A stretch of DNA of 64,000 nt from a virus. The stretch lies in the IMG/VR virus record IMGVR_UViG_3300045988_143938. One strand, written 5' to 3'. The notes below the pieces were generated by a model, which saw nothing but the letters and a program-made list of their open reading frames with translations, did no database searches and had not been told where the DNA came from. Positions 1-8,472 of this stretch are shown here, piece by piece. Positions within the stretch are counted from its first letter, which is position 1, and the number at the start of each line of letters is the position of its first letter. The translations under genes were made by a program, and so were the position numbers.

Positions 1-1
1 C

Positions 2-295
2 GCTGGTAATTATGGTGCTGCGACCGCTGGTGATAGTGGTGCTGCGACCGCTGGTGATAGTGGTGCTGCGACATCAAGAGGTAGTTCATCAACTGGAAAT
101 AACGGTTTAGCGGTGGCGCGAGGAACAAATGTAAAGGTCAGAGGAGGTATGGGATCTATCTTGGTTATAGCAGAGGAGCAAGAAAGCTCGTACAATGTTT
201 CCGGTTGGAAAGCCGTTGTGGTTGACGGCAAGAATATCAAGGCTGATACTTGGTATAGATTAGTAGACGGCGAATTTGTTGAGGTGGAATATTAA
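2..295 (+). CDS. 8-residue-repeat protein, C-terminal fragment (5' end lies outside the window)
   Basis: The frame is open from the window edge to TAA at 293-295. Three 24-nt units encode AGNYGAAT/AGDSGAAT/AGDSGAAT, followed by a globular tail ...DGKNIKADTWYRLVDGEFVEVEY. The ORF track shows only the Met-started part 113..295. Confidence 0.6.
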   Translation, partial: AGNYGAATAGDSGAATAGDSGAATSRGSSSTGNNGLAVARGTNVKVRGGMGSILVIAEEQESSYNVSGWKAVVVDGKNIKADTWYRLVDGEFVEVEY

Positions 296-312
296 GCTTA
301 CAATAATATATT

Positions 313-492
313 ATGATTAAAAAACTATTACAGAAGTATCAAACGTACAGGGATAAAAAGTTCCTTGCACGCTTGGAGAGAGTGCTAAACAATAACGTGG
401 TGGGCGCAAACTTATTTATAGAAAAAAATGTGTTTTCACTCAGGGGATTTCACATGTATTTTCCTGAAAGGCTGTTTATTAGATCTCTTTGA
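313..492 (+). CDS. hypothetical small protein (59 aa)
   Basis: ATG lies 18 nt after the previous stop on the same strand. The ORF is below the 60-aa track cutoff and its 3' end overlaps a 54-aa minus-strand ORF (450..614), so only one of the two may be real. Confidence 0.25.
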   Translation: MIKKLLQKYQTYRDKKFLARLERVLNNNVVGANLFIEKNVFSLRGFHMYFPERLFIRSL

Positions 493-626
493 AAAATAAA
501 GTTCCCTGCATCTTGTTTTCCTCTGCATGGAATGTTAAGCTGTTTGCAGATTGAGATAGTTAGACCAATTACTTCTTCAGGGCAGTAGATTGATGTTTTT
601 ATAAACTCTTTCATAAGTTATAATTT

Positions 627-701
627 TTAGAATTTGACGAAACAAAAGTAACAACAAAAAGGAGCATATCCAACAGTTATAATGACAAGTTAGAATTTGA
701 C
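627..701. promoter_or_regulatory. two direct copies of TTAGAATTTGAC (627-638, 690-701) in a control region
   Basis: Exact 12-mers lie 63 bp apart in the 140-bp gap upstream of the rightward gene string that starts at 758. A 12-bp imperfect inverted repeat, AGGAGCATATCC 660-671 / GGATGTGCTCCT 718-729, brackets the second copy. Confidence 0.45.
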
Positions 702-757
702 ACTCAACCTTTCATTAGGATGTGCTCCTTTCAAAATTTGGGTAAAACAAGATAGAT

Positions 758-955
758 ATGAATAAGAAAGAAGTAATTAAAATGGCAGAGAAATATTCAG
801 GTAGAACTATTTCTCAAGTAGATTATATGGCAGGTTTCCAAGCTGCTTGCAATATTGTAAGAGAGAAACTTGAAACTTCCTATAACGAAGATTTTTGCGA
901 TGCGATGGAAGAACTTGCGCAGGTTGCATATATGGATTTATCAGATGATTATTAA
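758..955 (+). CDS. hypothetical protein (65 aa)
   Basis: First ORF of a tightly packed same-strand gene string. No motif recognised. Confidence 0.5.
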   Translation: MNKKEVIKMAEKYSGRTISQVDYMAGFQAACNIVREKLETSYNEDFCDAMEELAQVAYMDLSDDY

Positions 956-972
956 CGTATAACAATACGGAC

Positions 973-1221
973 ATGAGCAAAAAGATAATTAGAAAACGAT
1001 GGATTAACATATTTGGAACTTACAGCTTTGAAGAAGTTGTTGAGATGGCTAAGAAAATGAATATAGAACTTTTGGCAGCATTCAAGCCACCTCTTTGTGT
1101 TGATATACATTTTAAAGGTAAAGGATTAAAAAAAGATTTTGATGCTTTTGAAATGGATTTGAGAGAAAAAGGGCATAAGGTATTTAATAGATGTCCGAAA
1201 ACAGGATTTGAATTTGGATAA
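973..1221 (+). CDS. hypothetical protein (82 aa)
   Basis: Same-strand packed ORF. No motif recognised. Confidence 0.5.
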   Translation: MSKKIIRKRWINIFGTYSFEEVVEMAKKMNIELLAAFKPPLCVDIHFKGKGLKKDFDAFEMDLREKGHKVFNRCPKTGFEFG

Positions 1222-1245
1222 TAATTTATAAAGAAAGGAATATTT

Positions 1246-1449
1246 ATGAAAGCAAAAATAAAAATTGAAAAGGTGTCAAATGGATATATTATTTCAAATG
1301 AAGAAATAAATGTAAGGAGAATAGGTAAGGACGAAAAAGATGCAATGAGTCATTTATCAGAAGCGATAGAAGACCATCTTTTAAAAACGAAATCAAACAC
1401 CACGTTAGAGATTGATATAGACATTAGAGAGGCGAAGATCAATTCATGA
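1246..1449 (+). CDS. hypothetical protein (67 aa)
   Basis: Same-strand packed ORF preceded by AAGGAA. No motif recognised. Confidence 0.5.
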   Translation: MKAKIKIEKVSNGYIISNEEINVRRIGKDEKDAMSHLSEAIEDHLLKTKSNTTLEIDIDIREAKINS

Positions 1450-1468
1450 TAACTTATAAAATATAGAA

Positions 1469-1852
1469 ATGAAACAGACAGTAGAAGAAGCAGCATACGA
1501 TTATGCTGCCCAAAAAACGAAGTTCAGAAAAGACGTTCTGAAAGAAGTAGATGCTGATGATTACGTTTCCCGTCACTCTGATTGTATGGAAGATTTTCAG
1601 TGCGGTGTACAATGGCAGGCAAAGCAATCGCCTTGGATAAGTGTTAAGGAACGGTTGCCGGAAGAGTTAGAAAGTGTCTTAGTTTTGTCTAATTATGAGG
1701 GCAAATATCTTTACGAAGTAGCTTTTATAATGAATGGGAAATGGATATGCCATAACAATAAACCTGCCTATTGGACACCCATCCCCTCTTTCGATGAGAT
1801 ACTCGAAGCCAACAAGGATGTACTGGAACGGATTAAACAGAAAGGAGAATGA
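1469..1852 (+). CDS. DUF551-like phage protein
   Basis: The C-terminal half, WISVKERLPEELESVLVLSNYEG...WICHNNKPAYWTPIP, matches the W-x-x-V-x-x-x-LP...VLV pattern of phage DUF551 domains. Recognised by eye only. Confidence 0.55.
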   Translation: MKQTVEEAAYDYAAQKTKFRKDVLKEVDADDYVSRHSDCMEDFQCGVQWQAKQSPWISVKERLPEELESVLVLSNYEGKYLYEVAFIMNGKWICHNNKPAYWTPIPSFDEILEANKDVLERIKQKGE

Positions 1853-2091
1853 CTATGAATGATGAAGAAATACGGAATTTAATCAAGATTCAGTTGCGAC
1901 ATCTAAGTAAAGAACTGTTGATAGACGCTCTTACTGATATTTGTATGGCAAATCCTGCATTTAGAATGACAAACGTTTTGGGCAGTTTACAATGTTTCAA
2001 TATAAGAGACGTTATAGATGGGGTACAACGAATAAATATGAGTTTTGATCCATTAAAACGAATATCAGAGAAGGAGGTGAATCATGGATAG
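1849..2091 (+). CDS. hypothetical protein (80 aa)
   Basis: Overlaps the upstream stop by 4 nt (ATGA coupling). Confidence 0.5.
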   Translation: MTMNDEEIRNLIKIQLRHLSKELLIDALTDICMANPAFRMTNVLGSLQCFNIRDVIDGVQRINMSFDPLKRISEKEVNHG

Positions 2092-2290
2092 TGTACAGAC
2101 ACAAACCTTTTCCATTCAGGGAGATGGAGGTGGTGAAGCATATATTGATTTTTGTAATGGAAGCTTATGTGTTTCTGTTGTAGTAGAAGGCAAGCAGGCG
2201 GACTTTCATTTTGATGATATTACTTTGAATATGTTTGCTTATGCTTATAAATTGCATTGTGAAGAATGCAAAAAAAAGGAAGGAAAATAA
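2084..2290 (+). CDS. hypothetical protein (68 aa)
   Basis: Overlaps the upstream gene by 8 nt on the same strand. Confidence 0.5.
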   Translation: MDSVQTQTFSIQGDGGGEAYIDFCNGSLCVSVVVEGKQADFHFDDITLNMFAYAYKLHCEECKKKEGK

Positions 2291-2310
2291 ATAACGAAAG
2301 GAGAATAATT

Positions 2311-2523
2311 ATGGAAGTAAAGAACGCAATAATAATAGATGGGGTGCTGCATGAAGCAGAGAAAGTGTATAATGGGCATTCTGATTGCAGTGACTGCTCG
2401 TTGCGTTATGAATGCGATGAATTTGAGAGCCAATACGAAACGTTTCTGTGTATTGTAATGAAATGTTTTCGTTTCGTCAATCGTGGCAAAGTAACAGATA
2501 TTAAAATAGATAAGGAGGAATAA
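2311..2523 (+). CDS. hypothetical Cys-containing protein (70 aa)
   Basis: Internal ATG at 2311 follows AAAGGAGAATAATT. The ORF-track start at 2266 would overlap the previous gene. Confidence 0.5.
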   Translation: MEVKNAIIIDGVLHEAEKVYNGHSDCSDCSLRYECDEFESQYETFLCIVMKCFRFVNRGKVTDIKIDKEE

Positions 2524-2525
2524 CA

Positions 2526-2933
2526 ATGGGATTTACAACACCAGCGTTTATACGCAAAAATACACCGGAATTAAGAAAGAAGTTGGAAAAATTAGGATAC
2601 AACCATCCTACTGATGTAATTGAAGATGAAAGGTTTTGTATTGCTACATCACCAGTTAACTGCAATTATCATATTATTATTAAAGGGGCTTTTGATGCTA
2701 CAAATCCTTATCGCACATGGAATTGTGCTGGAAGAATTGATTGTGGAACCAATGAAGAGCTTTTCTTAGCTATTGCCGCACTAAGAGATGATACAGATAA
2801 GCTTCAATGGTTTATTTCACCTGAAGGAGTTTGGGTTTACAATAAAGACTGTGACAGTATATTAGAAGTATTTAAATTGCACAAGGCTACCGTAAACGAA
2901 TTGATTGGACATTTTAAAGAAGAGGAGGAATAG
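2526..2933 (+). CDS. hypothetical protein (135 aa)
   Basis: Packed ORF preceded by GGAGGAATAACA. Confidence 0.55.
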   Translation: MGFTTPAFIRKNTPELRKKLEKLGYNHPTDVIEDERFCIATSPVNCNYHIIIKGAFDATNPYRTWNCAGRIDCGTNEELFLAIAALRDDTDKLQWFISPEGVWVYNKDCDSILEVFKLHKATVNELIGHFKEEEE

Positions 2934-2935
2934 CC

Positions 2936-3310
2936 ATGACCGAAGAACTTGTAACATTGGAAACATCTAAACTGCTGAAAGAGAAAGGATTTAATATATA
3001 CTGTGAAAATATCATCAGAGAAGATAACGGCACAATTATGAAGACTGTATTTAGAACAAATAAAGACCTACCCAAATTGTGCTATTCCAGGCCTACGCAA
3101 GCATTGGCTGTTAGATGGTTAAGGGAAGTTAAAAACTTGCATATTGAAATATACCGAAGTGCAGTAGGGTACGGCTATGCTATAGTGAAAGCCGATAACG
3201 GCACATGGATGGAAGACGATGATTCCAAAGGACCTAACGATGGTGGGAATTGGGACGCATACGAGGAAGCACTGGAAGCCGGGATTTTTGAAGCATTAAA
3301 ACTTATATGA
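2936..3310 (+). CDS. hypothetical protein (124 aa)
   Basis: Packed ORF preceded by GAGGAGGAATAGCC. Confidence 0.55.
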   Translation: MTEELVTLETSKLLKEKGFNIYCENIIREDNGTIMKTVFRTNKDLPKLCYSRPTQALAVRWLREVKNLHIEIYRSAVGYGYAIVKADNGTWMEDDDSKGPNDGGNWDAYEEALEAGIFEALKLI

Positions 3311-3968
3311 TTATGAAGAAGATTTTATTCAATGATAAATACTGCTTAACCCAAGCCGTATTGGAAGGTCGGAAGACTACGACAAGGAGAATTGTGACAG
3401 ATAAGAAATTACACTATTGGAAATGTAGTTGTCCTGATATGGTAATAGTCAGAGTTCCTGAATCACAAAAACTAAAAACTGATGATGATAATACTTATTT
3501 TGGCATAAAGGACAAAATATCATCCGAATATTATTGTGATACTATTACCTCTCCGTACAAGGTTGGCGAAGTTGTTGCCATTGCGCAAAGCTATATGGCG
3601 ATTGTGGTAATATGCCTGATTACGAATTGGACGAAGATGGCTATCCTATAATGCCAAAGAGAAGCGGATTTTTTAATAAAATGTTTGTCCGCGCTGACCT
3701 CATGCCCCATCACATCCGTATTACCAACATCAAGATAGAACGGTTGCAAAACATTTCCGATGAAGATTGCTTTAAGGAAGGAATTTATAAAGGACAATGC
3801 GGAAGTGCAGATACACATTTTATGGATGTTTATTATTACAAAGGAGACATTCAACCTTATTGCACTCCTCGTGAAGCCTTTGCCGTCCTTATAGATAAAA
3901 TATCCGGCAAAGGAACATGGAGTTCCAACCCTTATGTTTTCGTTTACGAATTTGAATTAGTTGATTAA
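3307..3968 (+). pseudogene. ASCH-domain-like gene split into two frames (3307..3651 and 3612..3968)
   Basis: The N-terminal piece, KILFNDKYCLTQAVLEGRKTTTRRI, and the C-terminal piece, HHIRITNIKIERLQNISDEDCFKEGI, look like the two ends of one ASCH-type fold. The second frame is open from 3540, so the frames overlap at 3540-3651. No X_XXY_YYZ slippery heptamer is seen in the overlap. Confidence 0.5.
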
Positions 3969-3970
3969 CC

Positions 3971-4162
3971 ATGAATAGAAACGAATACCGGGAACGCTGT
4001 AAACATTACAGCCATTACAGCGGGCAGTGTTACAAAAAATCGTCCATATCAGGCATAGCAAACAATGTGCATGTGAATATGAAATGTGACGGTAAATGTC
4101 CTCGCATGAGGAATTACGACAAGAGAAACGGAATATTAATTGATAAAGAAAAGCAATCATGA
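3971..4162 (+). CDS. hypothetical Cys-rich protein (63 aa)
   Basis: Packed ORF. Confidence 0.45.
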   Translation: MNRNEYRERCKHYSHYSGQCYKKSSISGIANNVHVNMKCDGKCPRMRNYDKRNGILIDKEKQS

Positions 4163-4377
4163 AAAAATACTATTACTATACTTATCGATCCAAATTAGGT
4201 GGAATATGCTGCGATGTATGCTCGATTGAAGATGGTGATTTTGATTTAAATCGCATGATGCGTGATTTGTATAAAGATTACGGGTGCGTGTGTATAATAA
4301 CTTTTTGGAAAGAAATATCCAAAGAAGAACACGAAGGGTTAATGGAGTTCTGTGATAAAGTTAATAAGGAGGGATAG
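4159..4377 (+). CDS. hypothetical protein (72 aa)
   Basis: 4-nt overlap with the upstream gene. Confidence 0.5.
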   Translation: MKKYYYYTYRSKLGGICCDVCSIEDGDFDLNRMMRDLYKDYGCVCIITFWKEISKEEHEGLMEFCDKVNKEG

Positions 4378-4379
4378 TT

Positions 4380-4829
4380 ATGAAGCGTGAAATAAAATTC
4401 AGAGGGCAAGTATTAAACTCCGTAAAGGATAAAAAAGACAATGTTGTTACAGAGTGGAAATCTTGGGTATATGGGGATTTACTTCATCGCCCTAATGGTG
4501 TTTTGCACATCCTTACTTTAAACGAAGAAAAAGGATGTTATGAGAACAATATAATAGATCCAAAAACGGTAGGACAGTTTACCGGGATGCCTGACAAGGG
4601 CGGTAAAGAAATCTATGAAGGCGACATTGTTCTGTGGAGAAGAGATGGTAAGCTGTATCTTGTTAAGTTCTACGCAGGAATGTTCTATGCTTCCGTTGAA
4701 GAGCTTAATAAAGGAGTTTACGGAGGATTCCCGCTTCATGTTTTAACTGTAGACGAAGAAGATGGGTATAAGTGCGAGGTTTGCGGTAATATTTATGATA
4801 ATTCGGAGTTGTTGAAAGGAGGTAAGTAA
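4380..4829 (+). CDS. YopX-family phage protein
   Basis: MKREIKFRGQ...WVYGDLLH...IIDPKTVGQFTGMPDKGGKEIYEGDIV is the characteristic YopX (PF09643) pattern. Confidence 0.8.
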   Translation: MKREIKFRGQVLNSVKDKKDNVVTEWKSWVYGDLLHRPNGVLHILTLNEEKGCYENNIIDPKTVGQFTGMPDKGGKEIYEGDIVLWRRDGKLYLVKFYAGMFYASVEELNKGVYGGFPLHVLTVDEEDGYKCEVCGNIYDNSELLKGGK

Positions 4830-5194
4830 TGAAGCATATATTTTTTTTATTTGTAGGAATTTTGGCTTTATACGAAATCATGAAAGCCTTAAACTGTAAG
4901 AGGGTTTATTCTCGTACATACGAATATATACATTCTCCCAAAGAAGATAAGAATACATATTTTAAAAAGCACCCCATGCTTCTTTTAATGAGCGTTTTGG
5001 ATCTTTTTGAGTGGATGACATTAATGGCAGGACTAATGACAAGTCAATGGGTTTTATTTTTGGCGGTGATGGCTTTGTCTTTATCAAGATTCTACCGCCT
5101 CGGTAGTTGGGCCGTATGTATAGACTGTATTATTACTGTGGCTATTTACTTGTTTGCTATTATTAATACTTATCATTTACATATAGAATTATGA
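4829..5194 (+). CDS. hypothetical membrane protein (121 aa, about 4 TM)
   Basis: Hydrophobic segments run throughout the protein. The start overlaps the yopX-like stop. Confidence 0.55.
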   Translation: MKHIFFLFVGILALYEIMKALNCKRVYSRTYEYIHSPKEDKNTYFKKHPMLLLMSVLDLFEWMTLMAGLMTSQWVLFLAVMALSLSRFYRLGSWAVCIDCIITVAIYLFAIINTYHLHIEL

Positions 5195-5370
5195 GTAAAT
5201 TAAGAAGATATAAAAAGGTAGATACGAGTCTGTCTCATTTGTGCACTTTTGCACCAGTTAAAGATCCAGCAGTGGTAATAGGGTCTTATTACTGCAAAAA
5301 CATTTGTCCTCATTGCCGAGGGACGTTGAATATATTAGGAGTTAGATATGTAAGATGTGATAAACCATGA
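5191..5370 (+). CDS. hypothetical small Cys-containing protein (59 aa)
   Basis: ATGA overlap with the upstream stop. Contains YYCKNICPHCRG...RCD. Below the track cutoff; translated by hand. Confidence 0.4.
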   Translation: MSKLRRYKKVDTSLSHLCTFAPVKDPAVVIGSYYCKNICPHCRGTLNILGVRYVRCDKP

Positions 5371-5372
5371 GT

Positions 5373-5397
5373 AAAAAAAGGGATGCCTGTACATCCC
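5373..5397 (-). terminator. intrinsic terminator (minus-strand sense)
   Basis: GGGATG 5380-85 pairs with CATCCC 5392-97 around a 6-nt loop. On the minus strand the hairpin is followed by T7 (plus-strand A7 at 5373-79). Confidence 0.5.
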
Positions 5398-5409
5398 CTT
5401 AAAACAGCA

Positions 5410-5544
5410 TTACGCCACTTTCTTACTATCTACCAAGAAAGAAAAGTATTTGGAATGTTTTGGATATATCCGCTTACCGTTCCTTATGATATACCGACAG
5501 AAAATACGAGTTTTGCCGTTTTCATTTTGCGTTCTAACAGTCAT
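5410..5544 (-). CDS. small basic protein (44 aa), stand-alone antisense-oriented gene
   Basis: MTVRTQNENGKTRIFCRYIIRNGKRIYPKHSKYFSFLVDSKKVA is preceded by GGAAAGGAGGTGTATTAT. Candidate -7 box (reverse complement TAacTTTG) at 5629-5636; terminator at 5373-5397. Confidence 0.4.
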   Translation of the reverse strand: MTVRTQNENGKTRIFCRYIIRNGKRIYPKHSKYFSFLVDSKKVA

Positions 5545-5628
5545 ATAATACACCTCCTTTCCGTTTTGCCTACTAACCTGTATTAGCAGACTTCAAGCTG
5601 CACCCTGTCAAGTGCAACTAAAAAAGCC

Positions 5629-5636
5629 CAAAGTTA
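5629..5636 (-). promoter_or_regulatory. Bacteroides-type -7 box (TAacTTTG on the minus strand)
   Basis: Matches the TAnnTTTG consensus, about 85 nt upstream of the 5544 start. Confidence 0.35.
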
Positions 5637-5911
5637 CAGGACATTGGGCTTAAATGTCTTTTCTCAATGAGAACGGACAAGAAAGGTGACGAATGACAGT
5701 TCGTCGGATTGGAGGTATTATACTCCTGTTAAAACGCGGTACAAATATAGGTTTTAGCCTACAAGTAAGGAACTTTATTAACGATTTTAATAGTCAAATT
5801 AACACATGAGTAAACTCTACAAAGCAACCATTTTCGGCAAACCGTTCATGCTTGGATGGTTCAGTCATGCGGACAAATGGTATCATAAAATTGGAATAAT
5901 ATATTGAGACA

Positions 5912-6310
5912 ATGAGAGCAACCGAAAAGAAACTAAGAGACAGACACGCCCGTCTGCCTGAACAATACAAGAAGGTAGACACGACAGTCAACGGGGATGC
6001 GGAAAACCTAATAGAGGAGCGCAAACAGTTTGAAAAGAACTTGGTTCCTCTGCGCCTTAGCAATACTACCGTTATATACGTAACAAAAGATAAGCAAAAC
6101 GAAGCGTATGCAGCAGTGGCGCGTAAACGAATGGGAATAGCCGAACCGAGGAAAGTATTCGTTGATCCTCTCTCACAGGAGAACATTACAAAGATGTACA
6201 AGGAGGACGGCATATCTCCCCGTAGAATAGCCGAAATATTGAATGTAAGCGTCAGGACGGTGTATCTAAGATTAGCCAAATACGGGCTTACAAAAGTGAA
6301 ATGCAGATAA
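5912..6310 (+). CDS. HTH DNA-binding protein (132 aa)
   Basis: The C-terminal ISPRRIAEILNVSVRTVYLRLAKYGL is a classic helix-turn-helix. The overlapping minus ORF 5794..6279 has an implausible composition. Confidence 0.65.
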   Translation: MRATEKKLRDRHARLPEQYKKVDTTVNGDAENLIEERKQFEKNLVPLRLSNTTVIYVTKDKQNEAYAAVARKRMGIAEPRKVFVDPLSQENITKMYKEDGISPRRIAEILNVSVRTVYLRLAKYGLTKVKCR

Positions 6311-6325
6311 TTAAAACTTGTAATT

Positions 6326-6835
6326 ATGAAAGATATTAAAAGAAAATACAGTTTCTCTGATATAGAGTTTAAGCCTTACTTTACAGAGGAAGAGGTAAAT
6401 TTTATCAAAAAGATGAAATTGATGAAAGATGTTGATAAGTACATGCAGGGAGTGGTTGAGTTTGAGAATGGTTATGGCGTCAGTGTACTTTTAGGACAGC
6501 TGTTTTATTCAGACGGAAAAGACACATACGAGGTGGCCGTTACCTATGACGGCCATATAATCAACCGAGATAACGAGCAGTGGGTAGAATGCTTTTTGGA
6601 CCGCTATGAAGTTGAGAAGCTGATGAACAATGTTGCCGGGCTTAACCCTATTGTCGTTGATTCGTTCGACAAAGGCGATTACTTGGTGTATAATTTTGAT
6701 AAATATCATACATATATAGTCAGTCCGGGAAGAGAAAACATTAGATTGTTTGGTTCTTTTTACGAAAGAAGAAAAGCCACCTATGAAGAAAGAGAGAAGA
6801 TATTCGAGAGATTGAGAAAATCATTAATTGTTTAA
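6326..6835 (+). CDS. hypothetical protein (169 aa)
   Basis: Clean ORF 15 nt after the previous stop. Confidence 0.6.
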   Translation: MKDIKRKYSFSDIEFKPYFTEEEVNFIKKMKLMKDVDKYMQGVVEFENGYGVSVLLGQLFYSDGKDTYEVAVTYDGHIINRDNEQWVECFLDRYEVEKLMNNVAGLNPIVVDSFDKGDYLVYNFDKYHTYIVSPGRENIRLFGSFYERRKATYEEREKIFERLRKSLIV

Positions 6836-6844
6836 ACAAAAGCT

Positions 6845-7006
6845 ATGGAAGATAATACATTAGACCAAAATCTTTATACCACCGCAATGAAAGAAGCGCT
6901 AAAGGTGGAGTTCTTGGAAAGCAACGAAGAGATTAAACTATATGCCGCCTCGCTGTATAATGCGATGATATGGGGTAGAAATCATACGGTTAAAGTAAAA
7001 TATTAA
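6845..7006 (+). CDS. hypothetical small protein (53 aa)
   Basis: ATG lies 9 nt after the previous stop. Hand-translated as MEDNTLDQNLYTTAMKEALKVEFLESNEEIKLYAASLYNAMIWGRNHTVKVKY. Confidence 0.35.
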   Translation: MEDNTLDQNLYTTAMKEALKVEFLESNEEIKLYAASLYNAMIWGRNHTVKVKY

Positions 7007-7037
7007 GTTTTTTATTTGGCGTTATAGAAAAAGGGCG

Positions 7038-7045
7038 TATATTTG
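7038..7045 (+). promoter_or_regulatory. Bacteroides-type -7 box TAtaTTTG
   Basis: Exact TAnnTTTG match in an intergenic gap. Confidence 0.45.
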
Positions 7046-7078
7046 CAGCGTTCAACTTTTATCCAAAGGCAAGCGGAA

Positions 7079-7102
7079 GCCTGCCATATGCAGGCGTTTT
7101 TT
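7079..7102 (+). terminator. intrinsic terminator in the antirepressor leader
   Basis: GCCTGC 7079-84 pairs with GCAGGC 7090-95 around a 5-nt loop, followed by G + T6. Confidence 0.6.
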
Positions 7103-7281
7103 ATGCTTGCGAGTTTGACGCTACAATATAGTGGCTGCCACCCCCATAGGTATAGTTAATGCTATATCTGCCTTTGGATAGGTTGAACAATGGGACAGGG
7201 CAGCCTTTTTCTTTGCCCTTCCGAAAAGCCGGATATGGGCAGGCTACCAGCCCTATAATGCCAATAAAGTTCAATAAATCT

Positions 7282-8082
7282 ATGGCAGAAATTAACAATT
7301 TGGGAGAACTGCTCCCTATCAGTGAAAACAACGGGAAAAAAGCCGTTAACGCACGTTACTTACATTCTTTTCTTGAAAGTAAACAAGAATTTGCTAATTG
7401 GATAAAAGGGCGTATTAATAAATACGACTTTGTAGAAGGAAAAGATTTTGAAACGCTCTATTTTGACTATCAAGGTAACTTATTGAATATCAGACATGAT
7501 AATTTTATCAAGTCTGAAAATCAGCAAGTTAGCAAAATAGAATATGCACTATCTATCGGCATGGCAAAAGAGCTTTCAATGCTCGAGAATAATGAACGAG
7601 GCAAACAAGCCCGAAAATATTTTATAGCATGCGAGGAAAACAAGCGTGAACTTTCCCGTAAGGAACTTCTTTTAATGGCTCTTCAAGCGGAAGAAGACAA
7701 GGAACGTTTAGCTTTGGAGAATGAAAAACAGCAGAAACAGATAGAAAGACTTAAACCTAAAGCTGATTTTGCTGAAAAAGCTTTTGCTATGGAAGGTAAG
7801 GTAGACATAGGCCAAGCCGCCAAAATTCTTAATCTTGGATATGGTAGAAACACCCTTTTCAAGAAGCTAAGGGAAGTTGGCGTATTCTTTGCAAATCGTA
7901 ATGAACCTAAGCAGAAATACATTGATGCAGGCTACTTTGAAATGACAGAAAAGCCTATATCAAGAAAAAATCATCCTGGATTTATTGTAATGGTTGTGAC
8001 ATGTACTCAAAAGGGATTAGCATACATCAATCACCTGTTTGGCGGCAATCCCTCAGACGGGAAATTAGCAAGAATAAGATAA
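7282..8082 (+). CDS. phage antirepressor (AntA-like N-terminus plus KilAC-type C-terminus)
   Basis: N-terminus: KKAVNARYLHSFLESKQEFANWIKGRINKYDFVEGKDFE (AntA pattern). C-terminus: KPKADFAEKAFAMEGKVDIGQAAKILNLGYGRNTLFKKLREVGVFF...KQKYIDAGYFEM (KilAC pattern). The start is taken at the MAEINNLG Met; the ORF-track start is 7159. Confidence 0.8.
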   Translation: MAEINNLGELLPISENNGKKAVNARYLHSFLESKQEFANWIKGRINKYDFVEGKDFETLYFDYQGNLLNIRHDNFIKSENQQVSKIEYALSIGMAKELSMLENNERGKQARKYFIACEENKRELSRKELLLMALQAEEDKERLALENEKQQKQIERLKPKADFAEKAFAMEGKVDIGQAAKILNLGYGRNTLFKKLREVGVFFANRNEPKQKYIDAGYFEMTEKPISRKNHPGFIVMVVTCTQKGLAYINHLFGGNPSDGKLARIR

Positions 8083-8146
8083 ACTAATATTATTTTGGGT
8101 AGGCGTAATCAGTCTGCCCGCTTAAAACCTAAAACAAATATTCATC

Positions 8147-8380
8147 ATGGAAAGAAATACAATACCTGCTAAAAAGCAATATGACGTCAGCGCAATGGGC
8201 GAATTTTTTAGAGACATTATAGCTCCTGAAGAACTTAGAAAAGAACTTGTAGAACTGGCGTTTGATTATGCGCAATACGTAGATGAAGGAAGCACATATT
8301 TGTTCAAAAACAATATGAGTACCATATACATACTGTATAGGGCACTGGAGGATGTGAAAGAATTAGAGACACAGGGTTAA
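8147..8380 (+). CDS. hypothetical protein (77 aa)
   Basis: Clean ORF and the last plus-strand gene before the convergent block. Confidence 0.5.
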   Translation: MERNTIPAKKQYDVSAMGEFFRDIIAPEELRKELVELAFDYAQYVDEGSTYLFKNNMSTIYILYRALEDVKELETQG

Positions 8381-8472
8381 CAGCATAGCCAGTTTTACCG
8401 CAACAATAAGCGGTATAGCATTGCAAATAACATCCTCGGCTATCTTTAGAGCACGTTCCATTGCATCATAGC

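Noticed and set aside
5794-6279. 161-aa minus-strand ORF overlapping 5912..6310
   Set aside because: The plus-strand ORF carries a clear HTH motif and fits the operon direction. The minus-strand ORF has an implausible composition and no upstream signals.
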